Below, piece after piece: positions 16,720 through 25,252 of a stretch of DNA of 40,955 nucleotides (the first letter of the stretch is position 1; each line of letters begins with the position of its first letter). The DNA lies in UHGV virus genome UHGV-0384352; one strand, given 5' to 3'. The notes beneath the pieces were generated by a model. The model was not told where the DNA came from and ran no database searches. It worked only from the letters and a program-made list of their open reading frames with translations. Both the position numbers and the translations under genes were made by a program. The DNA comes from a virus.

Positions 16720-19700
16720 TTATGTAGTCCGCATGGTGTATCCATTACGCTTATCCAGTTCCACTAATTTCTTCTTTATCTCCCGGATGTCGATATTGAC
16801 CGTCAAGTCCATCTGCTCTATCAGGTCAATGATACGCTGTAGCAGGTCTACCATGATGGACAGATACTGCTCACTCATGCCATTACTGCTTGTTTGGGAA
16901 GCTAAAGCTACCGCCCGGTCTACCATGGCCTGCATCTTATCCTCAGGAGCCACAATCTCACCATAGTGTCGGTTATCACCTATCATGGCCAGCTGCGGGG
17001 TGTTGGCGCGGACAAAACCGCCTTGGGCCAGACGCGGAAGATGGATGTTTGGTATATTCGGGATAAAATCAGCGCCGATGCCTGGTACCTTATCCGCCAC
17101 CTCATTTACGGCGTCTATCATGGCATTAATCGCATCAATAACCCTGTTGGCCATGCTCTCTACACCATTGATAATCATGTTAATGATACCCTTTATATCT
17201 GCCCAGATACCGTCCCAGGTTTCTTTTGTCTTTGTTCTCACCGTATCCCAGACCCCGGCAATAGCATCTTTCATGGCCGTGAACTTCTCATCCACTGCTG
17301 TCTTGATTGTATCCCACAGATTTGATACGAATTCCTTAATGGATTCCCATATTTCTGATGTCTTACTCTTGACATTCTCCCAGGCCGTGCTGATGGATGT
17401 CTTGATAGCATTGAATAATGTATTGGCCAGAGACTTAAGCCAGTTCCAAAGAGTATTCAAAAGTGTCTTGATTCCGTTCCAGATGGTACTGGTTGCTCCA
17501 GATATAGCAGTCCACGCCAGGTTAACAACATTTTGAATGAATGTTACTGCACCAGAAACGAGCTCTTTCAATGTCTCCCAAATACCGGTGAATATTTCCT
17601 TGATTCCTTCCCACGCAAGACTCCAGTCACCAGTGAACACACCAACAACGAAGTCAATTACACCGCCAAGTGCTGTGAGCAATCCTTCTATGATACCCGA
17701 AACGGATTCCCAGAAACCAAAGAATGTATCAATGGCGGCTTGTAGGCATGAAGCTATGACCGGTGCCACATTGGACATAAACCATTCAATGAATGGCTGT
17801 AGAGCTCCGGTCCACAATTTGGTGACCGCATCAGCTACTTTTCCACCAAACTCCAGGAACTTATCAATCAGCGGGCTCAGGTACTGGTCCTTAAATTCAA
17901 CGAATCGAGATGACAGGTTCTGTAATACCGGCAGGAAATATGTGTTGTAGACATCAAGCAGCAGGGTGCCGATTTCCGTGAACCCTTGTTTGAAAGTTGC
18001 CAGCATGGGGGCTACATGCTCATCATATGTTGTACCAATCTTTTCAAAAGTTTCTGTAACCAAATCTTTAACCGTAGAAAAGACAGGTTCTACAGCACTG
18101 AATGTATCCTCCAGGGTTGTCTTGATGTAATCCGCATTTTCGATGAACGGAGCTGTAATGGTGTCCAGTACATCTGCCGCAAATGTCCCTGCCAATTCCG
18201 TGGCACCCATGAAGGCCTCGGAAAATATCCCAATAATATCTGCTGTAATCTGCTTGGCGCTGTTACTCCGTAGAGATGAAAATACAGTTGCAAGTGCTTT
18301 GGAAAAATTCCCGCTTATCTCCGCGATGCGTGAGCCAATATCAAACATGGACACAATATACTCAATGACACGGTCCTTATTCTGCTGCAGGAACAGGCTA
18401 ATCCCACCCAGCAGGTTATCCGCTATGGATGTCCCGATGCTCGCCATGGAGCCTGCAACCTGTCCCAGGCTATAGGCAACCTGGTCAGCAAATGAATTAG
18501 CCGAAGCCAACACCTCCGGCGATGTGAATATATCCCTCAGGCTGCCTTTGATGCTGTCTATGGATGACTGTATACTATCAAAGACGGACGTATCGCCAAA
18601 ACCATCCCAGAATCCTTCCCTGAACAGTCCCGCAAGCTCTCTGGCCTTTTCAATCAGTCCTGCATACTTGCTGTCCATCTCATCCACGGCCGATGTATCA
18701 AGCTCACCCATATCGAACTCGTCCGCAGAATACCCTCCATCAGCTCCACCTCCGGAACCACCGCCTCCGGAATCGGTATCAGGATTAATGATATTAAGCT
18801 CATCAATGCCTGTGCTGACACTTTTCATGTCTTTAGCGGCCTTCTTAGCAGCCCCGCCGGCTCCTCCGGCGGCCGCCCCGGCCTTATCCGCAGACTGGGC
18901 CATCGCATCCATACCGGCCGTGGCTGCGGATGTGCCTCCTCCACCCTTCTTCCCGGTCACCATCTCCGTAAATGCCTTGAAGGCATTGGCCAGGCTCATC
19001 AGCTTACTGATGATGCGGTTGATTACCTGGATGACCGGGGTCAGCACATTGATGAGCCCCTGACCGATTGTGGCCTTGAGGCTGTCAAACTGCAGCTTCA
19101 GGACGCGTACCTGGTTTGCCCAGCCATCCGCCGTCCGGATGAAGTCACCGGATGCCAGGGACAGCTGGTCCTGCACGAACTTATACCGCAGGGCCACCTT
19201 CTCAGCCTCAGACATCTTAGCCGTTACCTTGCCATAGCCGTTCGCCAGGGCATAACTGTCCAGGGCGCTCTGGGTCATGACGATGCCCAGGTCCTTAAGG
19301 GTCTCCGTCTCACCCGTGAACACGGATTTCAGCTTTGTATAGGCTTCATCTTGGCTGATGTTATAGAATGATGCCACATCACCAGACAGTCCAGTTAAAG
19401 CCGTGGCCATCTCATAGGCCTGCTGCTCACCAAAGCCGAATGCCTTGGCCATCGCACCGAATGTACCCGTGAATTTCTTAGCCATGGTCTCGGACAGGCC
19501 GAAGGAGGTTATGGCGTTCTTAGCAAAGTCATCCACCTGTTTGGACATCCGCGGGAATGTGACATCTACCACGTTCTGTACTTCCGCCAGGTCGGAACCC
19601 AATTCAATACACTGTGCGCCGAAATCTATGATTTTCTTTACTGCAAACGCCGCCGCCAGAGCAGCTCCCGCCTTTTTAGCCAGTCCCTGTATTCCGGCCA

Positions 19701-19779
19701 TCTGCTGTTTAAATTGATTCTGGTTGACCACAAGGTCAAGGCCAATCTGGCCTACGCTGTCAGCTGCCATACATATCAC
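16720..19779 (-). CDS. Tail tape measure protein (TP901-family N-terminal domain)
   Basis: 1019 aa. The N-terminus VGQIGLDLVVNQNQFKQQMAGIQGLAKKAG... matches TP901-family tape measures. The protein also carries Gly-rich linkers and long helical repeats. Confidence 0.85.
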   Translation of the reverse strand: MICMAADSVGQIGLDLVVNQNQFKQQMAGIQGLAKKAGAALAAAFAVKKIIDFGAQCIELGSDLAEVQNVVDVTFPRMSKQVDDFAKNAITSFGLSETMAKKFTGTFGAMAKAFGFGEQQAYEMATALTGLSGDVASFYNISQDEAYTKLKSVFTGETETLKDLGIVMTQSALDSYALANGYGKVTAKMSEAEKVALRYKFVQDQLSLASGDFIRTADGWANQVRVLKLQFDSLKATIGQGLINVLTPVIQVINRIISKLMSLANAFKAFTEMVTGKKGGGGTSAATAGMDAMAQSADKAGAAAGGAGGAAKKAAKDMKSVSTGIDELNIINPDTDSGGGGSGGGADGGYSADEFDMGELDTSAVDEMDSKYAGLIEKARELAGLFREGFWDGFGDTSVFDSIQSSIDSIKGSLRDIFTSPEVLASANSFADQVAYSLGQVAGSMASIGTSIADNLLGGISLFLQQNKDRVIEYIVSMFDIGSRIAEISGNFSKALATVFSSLRSNSAKQITADIIGIFSEAFMGATELAGTFAADVLDTITAPFIENADYIKTTLEDTFSAVEPVFSTVKDLVTETFEKIGTTYDEHVAPMLATFKQGFTEIGTLLLDVYNTYFLPVLQNLSSRFVEFKDQYLSPLIDKFLEFGGKVADAVTKLWTGALQPFIEWFMSNVAPVIASCLQAAIDTFFGFWESVSGIIEGLLTALGGVIDFVVGVFTGDWSLAWEGIKEIFTGIWETLKELVSGAVTFIQNVVNLAWTAISGATSTIWNGIKTLLNTLWNWLKSLANTLFNAIKTSISTAWENVKSKTSEIWESIKEFVSNLWDTIKTAVDEKFTAMKDAIAGVWDTVRTKTKETWDGIWADIKGIINMIINGVESMANRVIDAINAMIDAVNEVADKVPGIGADFIPNIPNIHLPRLAQGGFVRANTPQLAMIGDNRHYGEIVAPEDKMQAMVDRAVALASQTSSNGMSEQYLSIMVDLLQRIIDLIEQMDLTVNIDIREIKKKLVELDKRNGYTMRTT

Positions 19780-19812
19780 CTGCCTTTTAATTCAAAAGCA
19801 GGCTCTGGCTCG

Positions 19813-19965
19813 CTACTCCTTTGGTGCGGCTCTAGGCTCTGTCATTTTTATATCCAACCTGTTTATGGTTTTACATCTGGGACATTTAATTTCCCCCTTA
19901 ACGTATTCCGCCAGGAGAAGGGTCTGTCCACATCTTACACATCTTACTTTCTCAATCTTAACCAC
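19813..19965 (-). CDS. Com-like zinc-ribbon small protein (CVRCGQ...CPRCK)
   Basis: The two CxxC pairs resemble phage Mu Com (IEIRCPRCK). The start is uncertain: there is GTG at 19965, or an upstream ATG that lies inside chaperone T. Confidence 0.35.
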   Translation of the reverse strand: MVKIEKVRCVRCGQTLLLAEYVKGEIKCPRCKTINRLDIKMTEPRAAPKE

Positions 19966-20278
19966 CTCCGCACATAGCCGCAAACATCTTCTCCAGGCCG
20001 GCCATTTCCTTCTCGAAGGTTTTCTCATCCATTTCTTTCATTTCCCGGTTGCGCCAATCGTCATATATCTGGCGCTGGTCCTTTGTATAATGTTTGATGA
20101 TATCCTTATCTGTTTCGGACCGGATGGCTACCACACGGCCTAATGCAGTCTCCGGGGACAGGCCGGCAATCAGTGCCTTGAATTCGTCCCAGGAGACTGT
20201 TTCAAATTCCTTCGTTCTGATTCTTAACCCGTACTGCGACAAAAAACTGGAGACTATCAGGTCCCAGTCCTCAAACAT
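19958..20278 (-). CDS. Tail assembly chaperone, T/GT part (no own RBS; frame open upstream into G)
   Basis: The frame stays open ~26 codons upstream of its ATG and overlaps the end of G. The position between the major tail gene and the TMP fits a T chaperone. Confidence 0.5.
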   Translation of the reverse strand: MFEDWDLIVSSFLSQYGLRIRTKEFETVSWDEFKALIAGLSPETALGRVVAIRSETDKDIIKHYTKDQRQIYDDWRNREMKEMDEKTFEKEMAGLEKMFAAMCGGG

Positions 20279-20291
20279 ATCGTAGTACGGG

Positions 20292-20594
20292 TCACTGCTC
20301 TCCCGCGGCAGGTTCCTCCATGCCGGAAATGAGCTGGACCGCTTCCTGCACTACAATAACCAAGTCATTGAATCCCAGTTTCATCCTCTCTATCTCTTTC
20401 TTGGACTTTTCTGGGAACATCATGTCGTAGGCCTCCAGAATTTCCTGTGCACCAGGGTCATTCGCTGACATCAGTCCCATGACCTTAAGCATGGTCGGGG
20501 CATCCGCATTCACTTCTATGGCCTTTCCCTTGATTACCAGGGATGGATTCCCTTCAAAACTCAATTTATCTGTGATATCTACTTTCCTTGCCAT
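20292..20594 (-). CDS. Tail assembly chaperone G
   Basis: 100 aa, directly after the major tail protein gene. Confidence 0.55.
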   Translation of the reverse strand: MARKVDITDKLSFEGNPSLVIKGKAIEVNADAPTMLKVMGLMSANDPGAQEILEAYDMMFPEKSKKEIERMKLGFNDLVIVVQEAVQLISGMEEPAAGEQ

Positions 20595-20607
20595 TCGTTA
20601 TTCCTCC

Positions 20608-21069
20608 TTATGCTCCTGGTGTGGGTGCCGGTGTAAAAGTCGGGGCGCCATATCCCGTCACTTCAAATTCCAGGGTGTCAATGTTGGTTGTATCACCGCC
20701 GCCCGGAGTGGTCACATTCACAACCACGTCACAGGCCAGCTTTGCGCCGGATACCATGGTCCACTCAAACTTCGTCATGACGTCCTGTCCGAACTTCCAG
20801 GCCAGGCCGGCAATATAGTCATTGGTCGGGTCACCTACTGACCTCTTTCCTTTGAAGGAAAATCCCAGCTTCTTTCCTGTCATGGCTGCTTTTGCCCAGC
20901 CCTTCGCATCCATGGCATACCATTCCTCTACGGTACCGTCAATGGACGGAGCGAAATTCTCCAAATCTAACGGTACAGCCATATCCTCCTCTGTGCTTTC
21001 GAGGCCTTTTATGCCAAACTTAAACACATTGTTATGCACCGGATAAACTCTTCCTGCTACATCTGCCAT
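20608..21069 (-). CDS. Major tail protein
   Basis: 153 aa, positioned before the chaperone pair and the TMP. Confidence 0.6.
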   Translation of the reverse strand: MADVAGRVYPVHNNVFKFGIKGLESTEEDMAVPLDLENFAPSIDGTVEEWYAMDAKGWAKAAMTGKKLGFSFKGKRSVGDPTNDYIAGLAWKFGQDVMTKFEWTMVSGAKLACDVVVNVTTPGGGDTTNIDTLEFEVTGYGAPTFTPAPTPGA

Positions 21070-21079
21070 ATCTCATTCC

Positions 21080-21487
21080 TCACTTTCTCTGATACACAAA
21101 ATCCAGCCGTATCGCATATTCATATACACCCTTTTCATCCGTTCCCACGTCAACCGGTTCCGGTACCTGGAGGATGATACAATTAATGGGTGTATCCCCT
21201 ATGGACAGGCTGGATACGTTTTTAATTTTCTCATACAGCTCATAGGCGGCCCGCTCTGATGCCTGTACGTCCCTGTCCCAATGGACCAGCAGGGAAATGC
21301 GCCGGACATCGTAGCTGCTGTAGTCATGGCCGCCCAGGGCCATCACGGGAGGACCGCTGCCCTGCCGGTGATATACACCAATGGAATGGTCCTTCTTGCT
21401 GTTCAGCTTCCCGATATAGACATTCCTTTCAGCCGTAATTCCCAGGCCTCCTAAGTATCCCCGGATGTCATCCAAGGTCAGCATCAT
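21080..21487 (-). CDS. Tail terminator / tail completion-like protein
   Basis: Assigned by gene order only. Confidence 0.4.
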   Translation of the reverse strand: MMLTLDDIRGYLGGLGITAERNVYIGKLNSKKDHSIGVYHRQGSGPPVMALGGHDYSSYDVRRISLLVHWDRDVQASERAAYELYEKIKNVSSLSIGDTPINCIILQVPEPVDVGTDEKGVYEYAIRLDFVYQRK

Positions 21488-21885
21488 ACACCACCTACTT
21501 TCCTGTAAAATCGCTTAAATGCATTCTTTGCAAAATCCTGACTGACGCCGCCGGGCAGCCACGGTTCATACCATTCACCGCCTGCAAACGGGTTCTCATC
21601 CGTCTGGAAATTGTATTCCGGATGAAAATACAGACGCCGCGCATAGGGCGTGTTTACCACCAGCGTCGCTTTCCCTTGACCACATTCTTTGTAATCCGCA
21701 AAAAAGCTGTCCTCCTCCAGGTGGCCTGTGTCAAATGGCATCACCTGGGCCTGGACAACTTCCGTGTGCATTGCCTCCGCTGTCATCTCCAAGGCAGTCA
21801 CTGCCGCCTGTGTAAGCTGCTTAATTCGCGGGAAATTCATCTTTACGGTTGATTTAACCTGCATCAGACCACCTCTAACTGACAA
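21484..21885 (-). CDS. HK97 gp10-like head-tail joining protein
   Basis: The segment NTPYARRLYFHPEYNF is typical of gp10-family proteins. Confidence 0.5.
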   Translation of the reverse strand: MSVRGGLMQVKSTVKMNFPRIKQLTQAAVTALEMTAEAMHTEVVQAQVMPFDTGHLEEDSFFADYKECGQGKATLVVNTPYARRLYFHPEYNFQTDENPFAGGEWYEPWLPGGVSQDFAKNAFKRFYRKVGGV

Positions 21886-22202
21886 TAGTTCACCGTCCCA
21901 TCCGGATTTCTGGCCTTCATCCCCTGCTCAATCCTCCGCTCTTCCCCGAATATGGTAACGGTACCCCCGCTTAAGGTTGGGAAGTCCGGGGCAATGTCCC
22001 CAGGAAACAGGGCCGTACCGGTTATTTGCACCAGCTTCTTTTCCGCGGTAAGAATGGTCTTAGCTCTGTCCTGGAAATTACATTTCAATTCCAGGTCCAG
22101 CGCCTTCTCCGGCTGACCATGGTTATCCGTGTCCTCCGACTCCAGATGGACATGTATATCTGTCTTACATAGCCGTTTTGGAACTAAGCATGGATATTTC
22201 AT
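21864..22202 (-). CDS. Head closure / head-tail adaptor protein
   Basis: Assigned by gene order only. Confidence 0.4.
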   Translation of the reverse strand: MKYPCLVPKRLCKTDIHVHLESEDTDNHGQPEKALDLELKCNFQDRAKTILTAEKKLVQITGTALFPGDIAPDFPTLSGGTVTIFGEERRIEQGMKARNPDGTVNYCQLEVV

Positions 22203-22205
22203 GGT

Positions 22206-22592
22206 TCACCTCGCTAACCGGCAGCACAGGCCTGCCTGGGACAGCAGAGCATACACATCCCGCTTCATAGCCACGCCCTTATCCGTAAATACGTTCCAGC
22301 TGCTGCCAAACTGTGCCGACACCCCGTTGATGCTGTAGCCCTGCAGGATGGTGTTAATCTCGTCTGCGTTTTCCCATTCAAAGTCCGCCTGCTGGCAGAC
22401 CACTTCTTGGATAACATCCTGCTGGAAGGCTGTCAGATTAGAAAATCCCCGGCCCACAATACGGTTGTAGGTCAGGGAATCAACGTGGCGGCTGGCCTGC
22501 TTAAGGGCCTTGTCCAGTTCGTCCATAGGGATAACATCCCCCTTGTATGCGTCACAGTAGTACTCATAGGTGACATAGGGTTCATAGGGCAT
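22206..22592 (-). CDS. Head-tail connector (gp6-like) protein
   Basis: The internal start MPYEPYVTYEYYCDAY is separated by 1 nt from the upstream stop. The position fits a connector. Confidence 0.45.
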   Translation of the reverse strand: MPYEPYVTYEYYCDAYKGDVIPMDELDKALKQASRHVDSLTYNRIVGRGFSNLTAFQQDVIQEVVCQQADFEWENADEINTILQGYSINGVSAQFGSSWNVFTDKGVAMKRDVYALLSQAGLCCRLAR

Positions 22593-22593
22593 G

Positions 22594-22887
22594 TCATTCA
22601 CCCGCCTTTTTACTCTCTGCTTTCTTTGCCGGTTCCTGCTTTGGGGCCTGGAGGGCTGCAATCTCTGCTTTCAATGCTTCGTTTTCAGTATATCTTTCAG
22701 CCGCTATGTTCTGCAGATGCTCAATCTCTTTAACCGCCTTCATGTATTCATCATAAGGCACTGTCTTTCCGCGTCCATACGCAGTCACCCGGCCGTCATC
22801 ACCCACAATATCAAAACCAGCATCCTGATAGGACTTCTGCTGGCTTTCACCAATGGTGTACTCTTTATTTCCCTTAACTGCTCTCAT
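22594..22887 (-). CDS. Hypothetical head protein (97 aa)
   Basis: A track ORF directly after the capsid gene. Confidence 0.4.
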   Translation of the reverse strand: MRAVKGNKEYTIGESQQKSYQDAGFDIVGDDGRVTAYGRGKTVPYDEYMKAVKEIEHLQNIAAERYTENEALKAEIAALQAPKQEPAKKAESKKAGE

Positions 22888-22896
22888 ACTACCTCC

Positions 22897-23790
22897 TTAC
22901 GCTCCGGCTGCCTCTACGTTCATGGCACATCCCTCCACCTTCTTTTCCAGAAGGAACAGGTCGCCATAGCAACGGTTCTGATACAAATATCCGTCCGCCG
23001 TTCTTGAATCCGTTCCTGGGGTGAACAGCTTGATGTAGCTGTATTTGTCGCGGCAGACCACACAGGATGTGTGAATCAGAATCCAGTTAATCTGCTTGGC
23101 GTCAGCGGAAGCTACACAGCCGGTTGTAAAGTCATACTTCGTCTTCATCCTGGCTGCCGGAACCATCTTTATGGTCACATCATCCAAGCTATGTACCTTA
23201 CGGTTGATTGTGGACGGGGATGCGACGGTCATAACCCTCTGGAGTCCTTCTGCCTCCTTCACAATCTTATTCATGGTTGGGGTAACATACAGCATCCTCC
23301 CCTCCTCCGGAACACCGGCCTCGTCCATCCTCGCCATTTCCTCGTCAAATGCTTCCAAGAAATTGGCTGCCGTAATCACATCAGTACTAATACGGCCTGA
23401 ATAGGTGGTCAGCTCTGCATGAAGTTTAGAATAGCGGTAGGAATCTTTTTCCGGGATAGCCTGTTCGGTCTCAAACGTGTTCTGTATGTTTGCCACGGAT
23501 AAGGTCAGGTTTGTTTCGTCAATGTCCATGGGGTCAATCCAGAACTCCACATCCCTGTCGTGTTCCAGCTTCTTTGCCTCCCAGTCATTACTCAGGGTGC
23601 CTACATTGAATCCCGGTGTCCTGGTATGGTCCTTATACCCAGTCACTGCCATCCTTGGAAGTTTGATAGTCTGGGCATTGATGAACTTCACCTGCTGGTT
23701 ACTCTGTGTTAAAGCATCCGAGCATAATTCCTTTGCGTACTTCTGCTGGAGCAGCTGTGTAAAGGTTGTTGCATAATCATATACTGCCAT
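22897..23790 (-). CDS. Major capsid protein
   Basis: 297 aa, positioned after the scaffold gene. Confidence 0.7.
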   Translation of the reverse strand: MAVYDYATTFTQLLQQKYAKELCSDALTQSNQQVKFINAQTIKLPRMAVTGYKDHTRTPGFNVGTLSNDWEAKKLEHDRDVEFWIDPMDIDETNLTLSVANIQNTFETEQAIPEKDSYRYSKLHAELTTYSGRISTDVITAANFLEAFDEEMARMDEAGVPEEGRMLYVTPTMNKIVKEAEGLQRVMTVASPSTINRKVHSLDDVTIKMVPAARMKTKYDFTTGCVASADAKQINWILIHTSCVVCRDKYSYIKLFTPGTDSRTADGYLYQNRCYGDLFLLEKKVEGCAMNVEAAGA

Positions 23791-23809
23791 TTCTTAATCC
23801 TCTCTTTCA

Positions 23810-24421
23810 TTAAAGTCCGAACGCCTTTTTAAGGGCGTCGTCTGTCGCCTGCGTCTGCTGTTGCCCACTGGCAGCTCCCACCTGGATGAACCCGGTGGAG
23901 CCTGATGCCTGGGGTTTCAGCGCCGGCACGTCCTCAAGTACCTTGTCCAGAGCCGCTTTAAGCGCCTCATCGTTGATTTTCCCATCCTGCCCCATGACCT
24001 GACTTAAGTCGGCCATCTTAAGGACATATGGAATTGTTTTGGCATCAATCCCCAGTGATACTGCCGCCATGGTGGCTGCACTGTCAATCATGGCCTTCTG
24101 AGCCACTGCCTGAGCCTGGGTGAGCTGCTGCTGGATTGCACCTACATCTGGCTGCTGGGCCGCCTTCTGCTGCTTAAATGTGGCAATTGCCTGTTCCATT
24201 TCTTCCTGGCTGAGCCCCTGCTGCTTGAAGTAGGCTTTCAAGGCCGTGTCCTCCTTAGCGGCCAGAGTTCCTTCCAGCATTTGCTGGATTTTAGCATAAT
24301 CAATTGCGGGGGATGCCTGCTGTCCTGTTTGAGTTTGTGTCTGCTGCTGATTCTGACCTCCTGCCGGCGGCTCTGCTCCACCTGCGGGCTCAGCAAATAA
24401 CTGTAAGTTCATACGTTTCAT
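23810..24421 (-). CDS. Scaffolding protein
   Basis: GGAGGT RBS, then MKRMNLQLFAEP. NLQLFA is a common scaffold N-terminus. The protein is Gln/Ala-rich and helical. Confidence 0.7.
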   Translation of the reverse strand: MKRMNLQLFAEPAGGAEPPAGGQNQQQTQTQTGQQASPAIDYAKIQQMLEGTLAAKEDTALKAYFKQQGLSQEEMEQAIATFKQQKAAQQPDVGAIQQQLTQAQAVAQKAMIDSAATMAAVSLGIDAKTIPYVLKMADLSQVMGQDGKINDEALKAALDKVLEDVPALKPQASGSTGFIQVGAASGQQQTQATDDALKKAFGL

Positions 24422-24526
24422 CATCCATACCTCCATTTTAAGGGTGTCACCCTGTAATTTTTATTGCATCCATTGTCATCAGTGTCGCTGGCCACGCAGC
24501 AGTTTTAAGCCATGCTCGTGTTTGGG

Positions 24527-24558
24527 CGTAAAAATAACACCCGGGATAGTCCCGCGTG
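24527..24558 (-). terminator. Rho-independent-like terminator after the small-gene cassette
   Basis: Minus-strand CACGCGGGA-CTA-TCCCGGGTG stem (9 bp, 1 mismatch) is followed by TTATTTTTAC. Confidence 0.45.
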
Positions 24559-24564
24559 CTTCAC

Positions 24565-24642
24565 TCATTTCTTCTTTCCATTCCAACACAATATAATAAG
24601 TGTCAGGCATATAATTGCCGTAATCTGTACTGCCGGGGTCAT
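24565..24642 (-). CDS. 25-aa hydrophobic peptide MTPAVQITAIICLTLIILCWNGKKK
   Basis: GGTGGAG RBS is present. ATG overlaps the TGA of the upstream 130-aa gene (ATGA). The peptide has a single transmembrane segment. Confidence 0.35.
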   Translation of the reverse strand: MTPAVQITAIICLTLIILCWNGKKK

Positions 24643-25034
24643 ATCTCCACCTTCTTTCCGTTGCGATATCGCAAATTATAACCTGTCCGTTTCATGTTTT
24701 TTGTTACAGCATTAATGATTTCATCTTCATCCAGATGTTCCGTAACATCCATGGAAACTTTCGTCACAGCCGGCTCGTAAGTTGCAAGGAAGATATCCGG
24801 CTTACACGGATATATCTCTCCTGCTATACCACGGATAATATAATCCCCCACACTGGCCTCATGTACACCTTCCAGAGTCTGAATCATGAATTTTACATCC
24901 GGCGTCCCTGCATTTTCAAACCACGCCACCTTGCTTTTGATAGCCTCGATAATCCATTCAGGGTCATCCTCCTGCTCTGGTCCTCCTGTCCATTGAAAAG
25001 CCTCAATTACCACTGGTTTCTTTCTGTATTTCAT
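24639..25034 (-). CDS. Hypothetical 131-aa protein (MKYRKKPVVIEAFQWTGG...), candidate immunity/moron gene
   Basis: Strong AGAGAGGATAAG RBS before the internal ATG of track ORF 24639..25088. The gene is flanked by a 22-bp direct repeat that contains the palindrome. Confidence 0.5.
   Translation of the reverse strand: MKYRKKPVVIEAFQWTGGPEQEDDPEWIIEAIKSKVAWFENAGTPDVKFMIQTLEGVHEASVGDYIIRGIAGEIYPCKPDIFLATYEPAVTKVSMDVTEHLDEDEIINAVTKNMKRTGYNLRYRNGKKVEI
24652..24673. repeat. 22-bp repeat TCTTTCCGTTGCGATATCGCAA (copy 1, contains 14-bp palindrome)
   Basis: Identical to the copy at ~25045-25066. Confidence 0.65.
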
Positions 25035-25044
25035 TCTTATCCTC

Positions 25045-25066
25045 TCTTTCCGTTGCGATATCGCAA
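25045..25066. repeat. 22-bp repeat TCTTTCCGTTGCGATATCGCAA (copy 2)
   Basis: Identical to the copy at ~24652-24673. It lies ~15 nt upstream of the RBS of the 131-aa gene. Confidence 0.65.
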
Positions 25067-25087
25067 CAAATAAAATACCACCGGCCA

Positions 25088-25252
25088 TTACTGACTGGTG
25101 GTATCATGTTTCTTTTTATATTCTTCCAGCTCTTCTTTTGTCGGCATCGGAATCACAATATCATCATGATCCTGAGCAAAAAACGTCCCTTTTGGATACT
25201 CGCCGATTGGACGATCAACGTCCCGAAAACTTACTATATGCTTTTCTTTCAT
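25088..25252 (-). CDS. Hypothetical 54-aa protein MKEKHIVSFRDVDRPIGEYPKG..., ATGA-coupled to the MuF gene
   Basis: GGAGGAAAAATG: the ATG overlaps the MuF TGA. Its own TAA overlaps the next gene's ATG (TAATG). Confidence 0.4.
   Translation of the reverse strand: MKEKHIVSFRDVDRPIGEYPKGTFFAQDHDDIVIPMPTKEELEEYKKKHDTTSQ

Noticed and set aside
6457-25066. CRISPR array interpretation of the repeated palindromes
   Set aside because: There are only four copies at irregular spacings of thousands of bp. The repeats are perfect palindromes located in 5' leaders, and no cas genes are present.
24640-25070. IS200/IS605-like element (small gene flanked by palindrome-containing repeats)
   Set aside because: The enclosed 131-aa protein has no HUH motif or catalytic Tyr context. 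The repeats are perfect palindromes in direct orientation and coincide with leader/RBS contexts, not subterminal imperfect hairpins.
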